DNA from: the human T2T-CHM13v2.0 reference genome, Homo sapiens
Direction: 5' to 3' (one strand)
Assembly: GCF_009914755.1 (NCBI RefSeq)
Contig: NC_060931.1
Length of the DNA: 64,000 bases
Shown piece by piece: positions 39,063 to 53,212 of the stretch (positions are counted from its first letter, which is position 1; each line of letters opens with the position of its first letter). A program made the position numbers and the translations under genes. Below the pieces are notes generated by a model. It was not told where the DNA came from. It was given only the letters and a program-made list of their open reading frames with translations, and did not search any database.

Positions 39063-40751
39063 TTGATAAATCAAACAGGGAGGCTTAGAGTCCAGGAGCT
39101 GGGACAGCAGAGGAGACTGAGGCTGAATGCACACAGCACTTCACATATCCACGTGCCAAGCTCACTTGTCTCTACTGAAGGATGAGTGAGCTGATGGAAC
39201 TGGAACACCCAGATGTCTTCTTAATACACTGGAAGGAGGGAAATGGTGGTCCTTTACTGCATCGTGAGCCTTCATCCCCACATACACAGGGGATAACTGG
39301 CCCTGGTTTGGGATATATGGTTTCCTCTGCCTCCATTTTTCCCATTTTTATGTGAAAATGATTGTAGGCTGGAAAGGATTCTGGGAGTGCCAGGTCACTT
39401 ACGTGACTTCTGGAGGTGCTGCTGTAAAAAGCATGGCACAAAGGCCTCTTCTCCTGGGCTACAGCACTCTGGGAGGAGCAGACATTGAAGTAGCACAGCA
39501 CCCCCGAGTACCGGCATCAGGGAAACTTACATATGGCTGCAGGACTTGGCAAACTCTAAGATCTTAGGCCCATTTTATGACTTCCTGTCCTCGTCCACTA
39601 AATGGAGAAAGTGGTGACAGCCCAGTCAGTCTCGCACGGCTGTTGTGAGGTGCATGGGTGATCAATGAATAACAGCAGCAAACGTTCACAGAGTGCTGAA
39701 GCCTTACTCTGAGTGGTAAGGTGCTGCAATGTGAGCATTGGCACCGCTGATGATGGGATGGGTCCTCATCTTACCCTCTGCATGTGGGTGTTACACCAAG
39801 CCCTGTGGTCCTCCGTTGGTGGAATGATGCTATTCCCTGGCAGCTCTCTTCCTCTCTGCCTGGCGTTTCCCACATCTCCCCATCATCATCCATGTGGACC
39901 ACAGCTTCCTGGGGAGAGGCTCACAGCTCTTTCCACATTGTATCCTCCACAGTGGGGGCAGTGATTTTTCACATGTCTACCCATTTGGTCACCAAGGAGT
40001 CTTGCCCTTTTCCCAGCTCTGCCTTCCCCCTTCCACCAAGTGCACCCCTTAATGCCTCATGTTTCTCCTGCCACTTTGCCCCAGACCTTTCTAGATCCCC
40101 AAATCCTCCTCCTTTCACTCTTGCACTTGCCCATGTGTTACGTAGCAGGTCTCTGATCTGTTTTGGGGCTGGAGGTCATCTCCACAGTGAGAATTTGAGC
40201 TCACTGAGGTCAGAGGCTATTTAAACTCACTTGCAATTTTCAGAGCTTGAACATCATGCTAGAGACAAGTCAGCACGGCAAGAATGCTTGCTGAACTGCT
40301 TAAAACATGACATGAATGGCATAGGAATGACAGCTAAGTAGGAGAAAAAGCTCTGGATCAGAACCAGAAGACCTGGTCCCAACTCTGACTCTTGAACTAC
40401 CTGAGACTCTAGGCTAATCTTTTAATGTTCTCTAACACTTCCTGCACAACAAGAGGTTTGGATCCGCTGATCTACAAAAGCTCAAAGTCATCAGGCAGCT
40501 TCTCCAACCGTTTATTCTTCCCCTTCTTTCTACTTCCCTCTCCCTGAGCTTTCTCCTTCCTTCTCTCATCTGCATCTTCACCCTGCACCACATCCCACAG
40601 TGGGACTTCTTCACAGCAATTCCCCACAGAGATGCTCTATCACGCTTTTATCTAGAGGAAAATTTAAAACACATGGACACAGAATTCAGAATGTAAACAA
40701 ATAAAACCCAAAACTACATCTTGACATCTTAGACAGCAAAGCTGCTGTATG

Positions 40752-40762
40752 AGTGTGTGTGT

Positions 40763-40805
<43 letters not shown>
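40752..40805 (+). repeat. (TG)n microsatellite (~27 units, one interruption)
   Basis: Direct observation. Confidence 0.95.
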
Positions 40806-40808
<3 letters not shown>

Positions 40809-41390
40809 TTTGGAAAGTTTTATTTGAAACCTGGGCTGTCAGCTCTGCTGTACACCCAGAGTCTGGTCAGCAAGAGACACCTAGATGGACAGTTCTGTGG
40901 GCAGCATGGGGTGAGATTCCACATGATCACTCAGACTCCACAGGAAAAGAGTTTCCTGCAGACACCAAAGTGAATGAAGGTTCCATGGACTCTTATATGA
41001 GCTCCAAGAAAAAGACTTTATATGACCCATGGAAAAACTGCACTTAATAGAACATTATCTGTTATGGTTACTGGCCATGGTTGTTCAATAAAGACTTTAC
41101 AAAAGTTGGGGCATAAGTGCAGAAGAACTAATTTTGGGTCATGATTTGTAAGCTATTACTAAATCAATAATAACACCATCTTTAGAATTTGGAGACAGCC
41201 ACATTATAAAAGTGTTTCTTCTTGATACAATTCTTTAATGACTATTCACTGAAGAGGGAATTTGAAAAGCAATACAACTGCTTTGTATGTGCTCCTTGCT
41301 TCGTAATAAGACAACTCTGGAGAAAGAATGATCAGCTATTGAAGCTAGTTACACTGTGTGTATTAAATATGGAGCCTGGTGTTGAAAACT

Positions 41391-41590
41391 AAGAAAAGAA
41401 AGAAAGGGAGAGGGATAGAGAGATAGGGAGGGAGGAAGGGAGGGAAGGAGGGAAGGAAGAGAGAGAGGAAGAAATAGAGAGATAAAGAAAAAAGGGAAGG
41501 AAGGGAGAAAGAAAGAGGGAGAAAGAGAAGAAATAGAAAGAGAAGAGAGAAAAGAGAAAAGAAAAGAAAAAGGAGGAAGGTAGAGGCAGA
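41391..41590 (+). repeat. GA-rich polypurine low-complexity tract
   Basis: ~200 nt almost only A/G. Confidence 0.9.
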
Positions 41591-43152
41591 TAAATATTTG
41601 ACAGAGGTGGAAGGGAGTAAGGAGAGGCTGGCTTTAGACAGGATATTTGTTTTCCTCTTATAAACATTTCATTATTCACAAAATTAAATTTAAAGAAGAT
41701 AACAGACTCTTAATAAGCAGGGCCCTGTTAGGAATAGCCAGTCATCTAAGGTTTGTAGCCAGAATAGACTAGGCTTGTTAAAAATGGTGACAGTCATTTT
41801 TCTTCACAAGTTATTAATATTAAATAGATGCATCACAGATAGCAAACATGATGGAGGTTTAAATTATTCATTTGTGTGTAGAATCATTTTAAACTGTTTT
41901 CTCTGTTTATTGTATTTGTTTTGCATTTTTCCATATTTCCCCTACAAACTTGCACTAAGGGCTGTACTTAAAACTTTGAAGATATGGGGGAAGGAGATAT
42001 TTGAGAAGTTGTACATTGTGGTAGAAATGCCATTACAAACTCACTCTCATCCCAAAAGGATCTCTCTTAATTAAGAACAAACAGGCTCAGGAGGCCCTGG
42101 GTCTCTTCTTCTGCAAGAGAGAAGCTCATCTGCAAGAAGCCTCCTGTATTTACATTCTGCTCATGCAAATGTGCTCAGCCTTGCTTTTAATGAGTTTAAG
42201 TTCACCTTGATTTCCTCTGAGTATAAAGAGCAACAAATGCTTCTTTTAATATCACAGTCACCCTTTGCCCTTAGCAATGGGAACTGCCTGGAAGGCTCTC
42301 CTATGTAATGTCATGGCAACCACTCTATTGAAAAGCCCAGACAAGCTGGGTTGTGAGCTTAGAAAGCTTGTGAACTGTTCCTTCCTTTCCATATACAGGG
42401 ACACTTGCCTGTTCCTAGACTCCACAAAGAGTTGTCTTCAACTCATACAGGGGAAAAATAAAGGCATGACTTGGAGACTAGTTGTAGAGTGGATGAAATA
42501 CTACCAAATGGGCAAAAAATGGTCTCCGGTGTCCACTCTCATCCCCTTTCAGTGCCTTTCTCCTGCTTTTTACACCAGCAGCCATTTTTCACCCCCTTAT
42601 TGATCTCAAGATCATTGAGCAATTAGAATGTGCCAGGCACTGTGTTGGCCTCTGTGGGTTCTGCAATAAACCAAACAGATGTTCATGATCAGTGCCAAAG
42701 AAAGCAACCTCTAAGGGGACAGCGTATTTCAGGTCATCTACAGCAGGATAGGGGGCCTCGTGGTGGCCTTGTCTTGATGGATATAGGAGTGGGGGTTGCA
42801 AATCACCCTGCTGTGGCTACCACATATAACCCTGAGTGCCCAGCTGGTTCCATGGATATGCATAATAATGACAGGGCCATACAGATCAGGTGTTCCTCAT
42901 TCATGTGAATTTCATCTGGCCCTGCACTCTGCCAGAGAAAGTTTTTCAGGTGGACATTTCAATATAAAATAAACATAACCTTTATGTGATGCTTTATGAC
43001 TCTCTTTGTATTTACGAATTCCTTATTTCATCTTATCTCCTCACTTATGAAGAAGAGAAGGAAGATATTAGGAGTATCTATGGATTAGCAAATGGAAGCA
43101 CAGGATCACCCTAAGTAAGGATAAGGTTTTGGCTAGGTTTCAAGTATTCTAA

Positions 43153-43166
43153 TTCTTTCTTTCTTT

Positions 43167-43197
<31 letters not shown>

Positions 43198-43484
43198 TTT
43201 TCAGGACAAGGGCTCACTCTGTCATCCAGGCTGGAGTGCAGTGGTGCCATCATAGCTCACTGCAACCTTAAAATTCTGGGCTCAAGCAATCTTCATGCCT
43301 CAGCCTCCTGAGTAGCTGGGACTACAGGCACATACCACCATGCCCAACTAAGTTTTTGAATTTTCTTTTTTTGTAGAGACAGGCCCGTACTATGTTGTCC
43401 AGGCTGGTCTCAAACTCCTGACCTCAAACAATCCTCAGCCTCCCAAAGTGCTGGGATTATAAGTGTGAGCCACCATGCCCAGCC
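43153..43484 (-). mobile_element. AluJ
   Basis: Long T tail, gtgccatcatagctcactgc, gggctcaagcaatc. Confidence 0.92.
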
Positions 43485-43522
43485 TCCTCTAGATATTTTG
43501 AAATATACAATAAATTATTGTT

Positions 43523-43811
43523 GACTGGGCACGGTGGCTCACATCTGTAATCCCAGCACTTTGGGAGGTCGAGGAGGGACAATCACTTAGAACCCAGGAG
43601 TTCAAGCTCAGCCAGGGCAACACAGTGAAACCCCATCTCTACAAAAACTCAAAAAATTAGCTGGGCTTTGTGGGCACATGCTGTGGTCCCAGTTACTCGG
43701 TAGGCTGAGGCAGGAGGAACACTTGCGTTTAGGAGGTTGAGGCTGCAGTGAGACATGATTGCACCACTTCACTCCCACCTAGGTGACAGAGTGAGACCCT
43801 GTCTCAAAAAA
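43523..43811 (+). mobile_element. AluJ inserted in an L1MA 3' fragment
   Basis: gactgggcacggtggctcac...ggttgaggctgcagtgag...gagaccctgtctc; TSD tattgtt; L1MA sequence on both sides (43485-43522, 43818-43910). Confidence 0.9.
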
Positions 43812-44082
43812 TATATATATTGTTAACTATAGTCACCCTACTGTGCTGTGGAACACTATTACTTATTCCTTCTAACTGCACGTTTGTACCCACTAACCAA
43901 CCTCTTGATGATTCCTTTTCTCCTCTGATGCTCTTGGCTTCACATCCTCCAGGTATTTGCCTTGGTATTATCTTTCCTTCATTGCTCCTTGCCCACCTAC
44001 TTCTTGGAAACAATCCACTTTCTCCCTCCATACTGCTGTTTTCTCTCAGTTCACTAATGGCTCAAAATGAAGTGGCCTTTAT

Positions 44083-44265
44083 TGGAGAGGATGTGTAGAA
44101 AGGGAAACACTTGTGCACTGTTGGTGGGGATTAAATTAGTACAGCCAGTATGGAAAACAGTATGAAAGTTCCCCCAAAATCTAAAACTACCAAATGATCA
44201 ATCTCTCAGCTGGGTATATATCCAAAATAGAGCAAATCAGTATGCTGAAGATATATCTGCACACC
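44083..44265 (+). mobile_element. L1MA 3' ORF2 fragment
   Basis: gaggatgtg.agaaagggaa.cacttgt.cactgttggtggg...aaattagtacagcca.tatggaaaacagtatg...ctgggtatatatccaaa. Confidence 0.75.
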
Positions 44266-44408
44266 CAGCTAATTTTTTTCCAAAAACTTTTGTAGACTTG
44301 GGGTCTTGCTATGTTTCCCAAGCTGGTCTTGAATTCCTGGGCTCAAGCAATCCTCCCACCTCAGCCTCACAAAGTGCTGGGATTACATGTGTGAGCCACC
44401 ATGCCCAG
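44262..44408 (-). mobile_element. Alu left monomer (AluJ/FLAM)
   Basis: cagctaatttt...gggtcttgctatgtttcccaagctggtcttgaattcctgggctcaagcaatcctccc...gagccaccatgcccag. Confidence 0.85.
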
Positions 44409-44689
44409 ATCCTCAAGTCTTGTAATTCTTTATTGAGATGTTTTATTACTATGTATACCAGTTACTTGGCTTCTCTGAAAAAAAAAAATAAACCTACTTT
44501 AAAAACTGAATGTTTCCATTTTTAAAATTGTTATATAATGACTTCCTAACTACCAAGCACATTGCAGATATAGCAAAAAACAATAGACAATGTCCTTCTC
44601 TGAGGGGGAAACTGAAATGATAATCTGTCAGTATTTCCTTGTTCAATGTCTTGATAGTGATACGTGTTGAGAAGAAGATAAAACAAGAC

Positions 44690-45720
44690 AAAGAGATTGT
44701 GTGGCGGGGGGAGAGAGATTTTAGGTAGAGTGGTCAAGGAATGCCTCACTGCGGAGGTATCATGGGGCTGACTTGAATGGCAGGAAGATCTATGAGAGAG
44801 CCTTCGGGGCAGAGGAGCAAAGGCACTGATGCAGAAGGAATGTGATATATTTGAGGAATAGAACGCGGGCTGATATGGCCAGAGCATGGAGTGTGCAGGA
44901 AAAAGGGGTCTTATAAGGGCCGAGGAACAGGGCGTGCACACCATTGGAGGTCAGTAAGGAGCTTTGGTCTCAGATGTGCAAAGGAGGCCAGGTACTCCAG
45001 GGGGTGATGGATCTGACTTATGTTTTAACAGGATCCCTGCGGCTGTCTTAGGGAGAATGGGTGTGGGAGGGGGAGTGGAAGCAGGGACCTCTTGGGAGTG
45101 ACTTCAGAGATTCCAGTGAGAGACAACAGTGGCTGGGGCTGGATTGGTGCAGCCCCAGTGGGGAGGTGGGTGTACTGCATGGATTAGGGGTATATTTTGG
45201 AGATGGGATCGATGAGGCTTGCTGAATGGTTAAATGAGGTGAAAGGGAAAGTGAACGAATGACAACCCCAGGGCTTGTGGCTTGACCACCTGGGTTGGTG
45301 GTGGTGCCATTTACTGAGATGGAACACTGGTGGAGGAGCAATGGCCGTGGGGATGAGGAGCTCTCTTCTGGCCACATGTTAGCGAGGACATGTTAGACAT
45401 CAGAGTGGAGTGGTCAGATGGGCACTTTGAAAACTGAGTTTGCAGTTCACTTACGAAGATAAGGCTTGACATGTAAAACCAGGAATCCTCATCATATGGC
45501 CAGTATATGAGACTAGGGCATTGAGAAGCTCATCCAGGAATACAATGCATCCAGAAGAGGGCAGGCAGATAAGACTTCAATGCTGAGAGGTCACGCGGGA
45601 AGACAGAACCGGTTGAGGAAATGGAAAAAGGAGTGGATAGTGCAATCGAAGGGAAAATCAGAAGAGAGTGTTTCGAGATGGAAGTCAGCTACATCAAACG
45701 TGGCTGAAAAGTAAAATTAG
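44690..45720 (-). mobile_element. L2 relic (~1 kb)
   Basis: gtggtcaaggaatgcctcactg.ggaggt, gatctgacttatgttttaacaggatccct.ggctg, ggtggtgccatttactgagatgg. Confidence 0.75.
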
Positions 45721-46196
45721 ATAAAGGCCATAAAAGTGGTGAGGAGAGAGGAGATTCTGGATCTCCACAAACCCCTAGATTTCCTTGGGTTTGAGAACAA
45801 CAACCAATATTCAGGCACTTCTTACTTTCTCATTTCATTAAAGCAAGTATGTCAATGGGAAAACAGTTTCTCCAGCATTCATTTAATGAACTTCAAGTGC
45901 CTGAATGAAAAATTGGATCATTCTAAAGGGTATTCTGAGACCCAGAAGGAATGAGTTTAATAAGTATCCATCATTATCAAGCAGGTGCCGTGAGATTAAG
46001 AATTAGATGGTTTGACCTTTAATGGGATCCTTAGTGACTGCTTTATCCCAATTCTTTAGAACCAGGATTGCTGCCTCATTATCCATAGCAGACACACTCA
46101 AAATGTGAAGGGAGGCTTTGTTTTTAGAACATGGAGGGGTATCAAGTAAGAGGATGGATGGAAACAAAAAATACAAGCAGAGTAGCTAGCCCATGA

Positions 46197-46513
46197 TTTT
46201 TTTTTTCTTTTTTCTTTCTTCTTTTTTTTTTTGACACAGAGTCTCACTCTGTCACCCAGGCTGGAGTACAGTGGCAAAATCTCGGCTCACTACAACCTCC
46301 GTCTCCCAGGTTCAAGCAATAAGCGATTCTCGTGCCTCAGCCTCCCAAGTAGCTGGGACTACACGTGTGTGCCACCACACATGGTTAATTTTTGTATTTT
46401 TAGTAGAGCTGGGGTTTCACCATGTTGGGCAGGTTGGTCTCGAACTCCTGACCTCAAGTGATCCACCTGCCTCAGCCTCCCAAAGTGCTGGGATTACAGG
46501 CATGAGCCCAGCC
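46197..46513 (-). mobile_element. AluS (Sx/Sz-like)
   Basis: T tail plus reverse dimer; flanking cccatg repeats. Confidence 0.93.
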
Positions 46514-48247
46514 CCATGCATTATTTTGACCAGAACAATGAGGTAGTGAAATAGCTTATTCATGGTCATAGATAAGGTTGGCCTTATGCTAGTATAAATT
46601 TGAAAGCTTCTATAAATGGGGGTGGAGGTGGGGAGGCATTTACTGGAGAGAGAAGTATTCTTGCCTCTAATAACTTTTGGGCTCAGTCAGAAATTCCCAC
46701 AGTTCTCATCACTTTGGTAGAATTTATCAAGGCCTCTGCTACATTAGGGTCTTTTTATTTTAGCCCTGCTTTCTCAAATACATTAAGTCAGCTTCAGTCA
46801 AAAGGACCCTATTGGAATTAGGTATTAGGTAGTGGTTCTAGAACCTAAGGAAGAGCTGCACTAGCCAGGGCAATCCTGGGCTGGGAAGAGCATGATGAGA
46901 GAGCCTGGGAGTTGAGGGCACCTCAAGGGCAAAGGGGAGTGAGGAAAGAAGAGCGGGAGGTGGCCCTCGGTGGCTGGTCACTCCTCCCTCACAATGTGAC
47001 CGGGATCTGATGGAGGCTCAGACTTCCTAAGGCAAAGGATAGTGGGGTTATTTGAAAGGGACTTGGATGACAGCTGACAATCTGTCCCTTGTACACTCCT
47101 AGTGAATTTCCTAAACAAATAGAAGCATGAGGAGCAGAGCAAGTTCCATGCCAATCAAGACAGGAAGCTGAGAAGAGAACATAGAAGATAAAGACAAGAA
47201 AGTAGGCTCAAAATTATTTCCCTGTGCAATCCTTCTACAGAGAGGCCAGCCTCTAAAGGTTTGTCCACATAAAGTAAGAATTTTACAGTATTTTTCTAAA
47301 CATTATCATCTGACCCAACAGAAAGATGTGAAGTAAACACAAATAGATTTTCCTGTTTTAACTATATTTGGTTGTATGTTGTTTTTTTTTTAACTTCTAG
47401 AACAAAGACCTGAATTTGTTTAAAAAAAAAAAAAAAAAAGAAAGAAACTTGAGGTTTCTCTGAGGAATACACACTGGACTAAAAGTTTTGTTAATTTTAT
47501 TATTTACCTTGGGCTTCTCCCCATAAAAATTTAAACATGGCAACAAAGTGGTTAAATACATCTAACATCGAATGATTAAAATGAAGTAGGAGAGATTTGT
47601 GGTTCTTTTCATAATAGAGTCATGAGTAACCAGGCTTCCTCTCTCACTATAAACAATTACACAACTAGGGAAAATATAGAAAGCAAGTGTTTTTGGGAAG
47701 GGGATTACATACGCTACAGGACTATGACCCTGGAGGTGAAGGGGGAAGCATGAGGGGGCTCCTCACTTGCAAGGGCTCTCTGCTTAGGGCTGTTTTCCGG
47801 CCTGGGAGAGGCAGAGACTATCAGAGAGCAGTGGCCTTAATGTGGGAGAAACAGAAATCAGCGAGTGAGCCCGTGGAAGAGGCTGGAATATGCAGGGTTG
47901 ATGACCAGATGTCTGATCCAGACCCACCCTGACAAAGCCACAGCCTGTTGTGAAACAGCCTCAACAGGACTGAGCTCACAGCCAGTAAGTAAACTGCCTC
48001 CAGAAGAAAACACAAACTCTCAAAGGAATTTTAAATATTCAGATTCTCAAAAATATAAGATCCATAATGTGCTACATTCAATTAAAAGTTATTAGGCACG
48101 TAAAAGATAAGGAAACTGCCAATAACTAGGAAAAAATAACTCCATAGAAATAGACCAAGAGACGATGGTTTCAGTAACAAGGCAAAAACTTTACAACAGC
48201 CATTGTGAACTGTTCAATGATTTAAATGAAAAGGTATACTTGGTACT

Positions 48248-48505
48248 TCCCATTTTCAGTTGGGTTACTTGTCAGTTTGTTATTGAATTATATAGCATTC
48301 TTAATAGATTCCAGATACAAGTCTCTTGTCAGATATTCAATTTGCAAAAGTGTTCTCCCATTCTATGAATTGTCTTTTCATTTCCTTAATGGTGTTTGAT
48401 GCACAAAAGTTTTTAATTTCAAAAATGCCCAATTTATCTTGTTTTCCCTTTGTTGTTTGTGCATTTGGTGTCACATCTAAGAAACAAATTGCCTAATCCA
48501 AGCTA
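48248..48505 (-). mobile_element. Old L1M ORF2 fragment (more degenerate L1 pieces likely at ~47590-48240 and ~48590-48650)
   Basis: gatacaagtctcttgtcagatat...tttgcaaaa..ttctcccattctatg..ttgtcttttca...gcacaaaagtttttaattt. Confidence 0.7.
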
Positions 48506-48749
48506 AGTATTGTCTTCCTTTTCAGATATTGTACTTTTCAGAATTTTCTCGAATTTCCATCTGGTTCTATTATGCATTAGATGTAGGGCTATGATTTCCT
48601 CTAGAAATTTAATAGTTTTAGTTTTTAATTTAGATCTTTGATCATTAGTGTCTTTAAAGAAAGGTTTCTGCTTAAAAATGAAAGACAGCAAAAAGGAATT
48701 CTCATGCAAAGCGAAGGAAATAAACAAAGAAATTGAATATATGGACTAA

Positions 48750-48925
48750 ACCTGGCTCTAATAGTGTCTTCTTTGTGACCCCAGGACAGTTGCTTAATGT
48801 TTCTGAGCCTCAGTTGTACCACTTGTGAAACGGAGATAACACCTACTTTGCCTTTTTGTTATAATTAAAAAAAGATATTACATATGAAAGTGCTTAGTGA
48901 TAGGTGTTTTTGACATTGTTATTGT
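48750..48925 (+). mobile_element. MIR
   Basis: tgtgacc..ggacagttgcttaa..ttctgagcctcagtt...cttgtgaaacggagataacacctac core. Confidence 0.7.
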
Positions 48926-51900
48926 TCTATCATTTTGTACAGTTTCATCATAAAAACATTCACACGGGAATCACTATTACAGGTCTTAATGTCTGTTCTC
49001 CAGCTTACTAGTTCTATGATAGTAGGAATGTTTGCATCTCTGAAACTCATTTCCTCGTCTGTGAAATGAAGAATGGATTCGATAATCACTCAGGCCCTTT
49101 CTAGAACTAAGCTTCCTGTTATTCATCTCAAGAATACATTTGGCAATTTTTTAAGATTCACCCTTAGGGAATAACATTTTCTTTAAAAACTCGCTTTTTT
49201 TGTTGGACAGCCTTGGCTACCAGCACCAACCACTGCTTCCAAACAGATATTTATTTTAAGTGAGATGGAATACTTCAGGTAGACATAATAATATGCAAAA
49301 TTGATCTCTCTTGTCTTGGATGTTATGTTCTTAGTGAACAAATAAAATTTTTAACATTTCTGAGTTTTTCAAGTTTATGAACTGAGATTTATTTTTTAGA
49401 TCTGACAGCCCACTTAAAAATGATGAATTTTTTGTACTCCCTATTGAGAAAAGCATAGATTTCAACTGCCTATTGTGCAATGGAACAGCCCAAAGACAGG
49501 GTTCACTCAGAGTGTTAGTGCAAAACATTACAAATCAAGCAGTGGCATCTCCTGATGCAAACGCCAGCTGAAAGGACAGATTCTCATTAGCATCAGGAAT
49601 GTGAGGCTCCATGCAATCATTTTTCATTGCTAGAAAGTAGGACAGTCATCTGTCCCAACATTACTCTCCATCCCAAGAGGAAGTTCTGTGATGCAATATG
49701 CAAGCCTTCAGGAACAGAGTTGGGTCAAGGGAGTAATTTGTCAGGACTTTCTTCCTTGGGAGAGTGGAGAGGGAGAGCTATTTGTGGCCCAGGGCAGATG
49801 ATCAACCAGCAAGGAAACAGGAGGGGGATAGGGGTATTATGTTAAAGGTTATCCTGCACTCAACAACATTCTCAATGGCATATTGGAGACCTACGCTAGG
49901 TGCTGCCACGCCCAGATGAATCCACTCTGGTGCCACTCAAGTTCCCATTTCTACCTCTGACTATTTCTGATCAGGATGGGGGCCAGATGAACCAGTATTT
50001 GAAATGCCAAATAAACAAAACCAAATACCATTCTTCAAGGGTTTTCTGCCAGGAACCAAATGGAATTGGGCACAAGTCTGGCATGAAAGCCTGTTCTTAG
50101 CACAATTTCAATCCACTTGCACAGTTGGGTTTTATAAAAATTTCCAAACTCTAGGCCACTTCAATGATCTCAGTCTAAATTTCCCCAAGTCAAGCTCTCT
50201 TCATTCATCACTAATAAAAGCAAAAGCCCATTTGTATAAATAAATTAAAAAGGGAAGCATTCTGTGATTTAATCCTTAGTTGCTATCTGCATCAATGCCA
50301 CAGAAAGGTAGACACTGAGAACAAAACCTAATCCTGTGTTTTATTTTATAGTTTAAAACAAAATATTGACATGCACGTAGATGAGCTCATTAATTCATGA
50401 GAAAGCATTTGAAGCAGCAGGCAGTAGAGATTATGATAAATAAATAATTCTCGTTTAATTGATGAGTTTGACTCTGACTTCCATTATTTCAGATGAGAAC
50501 TGAATAGTGGTCTGGGGTGGAGAGTTTTCTGGACTGTTTGATTTTGCAACATACCAGAGCCCTCTGGGCTTCCATTGTATGTGTCTATAAAATGTCCTCA
50601 TGATAGCTCAGATGAAAGTCGTATGCACATGTTTGCTGAGGCAGATTTGCCGCATTCTGTTTCTGAAAGGTGTATAAAGCTTTGCCAGACCTTGGAGAAG
50701 TTAAGCTGATTTGTATTCTTTATTTAGAGGCTTTTGACTAAAGACAAGAATCCGGGTTGTTCAAGCTAAGTCGGATGGGCCTCCTCAGAGGCAAGTCAGT
50801 CTCAGGGCAGGAAAAGTCAAATACTTACAAACCTTCAAAGGAAAATAGATGACACCTCTTCCACCGACTCCCTCCTAGCTGGGCATTATAGCAACTAGTC
50901 TCAGCTGTATCTACTTTTAATTACCTATGCGACTTTAGGCAAATAAATTTTGCTAAGATGTCAATTTCCCTATGTAAGATACATAAGTTGGATGAAATGC
51001 CTAATTATAAAGTTGTCACTGCCTACAAGTGTCTGAGAACATGGTTTCATACACGTCAGGTGCTTTCATGCTTGGGTTATATAATTTAGCTACATCCTTA
51101 CATCTTTTCATGGTTGAGGGGCTGACTCTGGGGTGAGAAAGTGGCAGCCGCCTCTGGAGTGAGGCAGAATCTAGCTACTTCATGCTGTGAGGGCTCAGGG
51201 CCCAGCAGAGCAGAACAAAGAGCACCATCCTTTCCCTTCTGAAAGGATAGCAGGAATTAATGAGCTGGTATCTAATTACTGAATGTGAGCCATGGCAGGG
51301 ACACAAGAGTGGAGAACATCATGAGTTTCACGGTGTGGCCAGGACCCCTGCTTTCCATCTCATTAGCAGGAGACCAGCCAGGCAGGGCTCTGGGTTCCTT
51401 CCCATGGAGCCAGGGTGAAGCATCAGGGATGGCTCACATGGGGTCTGGAAACCCGCTGCATTCTCAATTGCATTCTCCTGCAACCTCAATCTTCAAAGGT
51501 CACCAGGTCAAGGTGAGCGCTGGCTAAACCCTGTTTGCCTTACAAGGAGGGTGAGCTCACAGTTGGAAATCCTGGGCTGGCTGGTCAGGCTAGAGCAGCA
51601 GAGATGCCTTCAGACCATATGCTGTGGACAGGTGGTGGCTCTCTGGGTGTGCTACAGGCTTTTGACTCCCAGAGAAACTGGCTGAAACTGGGCTCAACTT
51701 GAACAGACATTATCATTAGGGAGAGCCAGCTAAAGTGAGAAGAAACACAACCTATTAAGACTAACTCTTGCCAGGCCATCAGCTTCCAAAAAAAAAAGGT
51801 CCTCATCAACTTATAGTGGAGCAAAACTTGCTTGGAAACATACCTGGGATATGCTGAAGAGAGAACAACAATGGAGACTATTTTCTCTGGGGGGTGGCTA

Positions 51901-51933
51901 ACATGCAGAAGAACTCTTGTGAGTTAGAAATAA

Positions 51934-52338
<405 letters not shown>

Positions 52339-53109
52339 TCAGAGAGAAGGTTCTCAGGATAGGTAAGTAGAAATGTCTTCTACTTCTACATAGAAATGTG
52401 TTTCTATGTGGTAATGAGAAAAGATTTAAGCAATATTTACTACATGTTTTTCTCCTTCAGTCATTGAAGACTTGCTTAAACCTATGTCGCTAGTCCCTGT
52501 GGTAATACAGCATGCTCAAAACAGTAAGAAATATCTTGTAGTGGAAAAAGTACACTGAAATGGCAGTCAAGAAATCTGAGTTTTGATACCAGCTTTGTTC
52601 TGCCTCCAAGGTCAATGGGTATGTTCCAACCACACAGCCCTGGTGCCAGAGCTGAGAGCTGCCCACGGGTTCTCTGGCTCTCTTGTTTCTCAGGGGTGTG
52701 GACTTTTGCAAGTCACTTAAATTCTCTGAATCTGTTTTATCATCCTTAAACAATAGGGAGATACATAACTACATCCCTGGATTGTTGCAACAATACAATG
52801 TCAGTAAAAGCATAGGTTTCATGCAAAGATTTTCACTATTTAGATTCATTGCCTTACGGTCATTAATAGTGGTGGAAACTACTGCATGTGTTCAGCAGGG
52901 TCCTTTTCTTCTGAACATCCGGGAGGACACTGCCCACACTCCGTTGCATCTCGCTGAGCCTCACGGCATGGTATGCCTCAGTTCAGGCCAACGGAATATG
53001 GGCTAAAGTGATGAATGTCAATGCCAGGCTATCTGTAGCATGACCACACTCTCTCCTCTGCCCACACACCTGGCTGTGAAGGATCCCGAGGTGTGTGACC
53101 ACAGGAGAA

Positions 53110-53212
53110 CTACCTCACTATCTGTGGAGAATTGGCTCCAGAACCCCCTGTGGATACCGATTCCTGCAGCAGGCCCTGCAGAACCCAGAGATGCAAAAAG
53201 ATGGCCCTCTGA
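53110..53212 (+). mobile_element. MER2-like (TcMar-Tigger) fragment
   Basis: tatctgtggagaattggctccagaaccccctgtggatacc resembles the MER2 5' end. Confidence 0.5.

Noticed and set aside
41389-41679. Hydrophobic Phe/Ser/Leu-rich 96-aa ORF resembling a membrane peptide
   Set aside because: Translation of the polypyrimidine strand of a low-complexity tract
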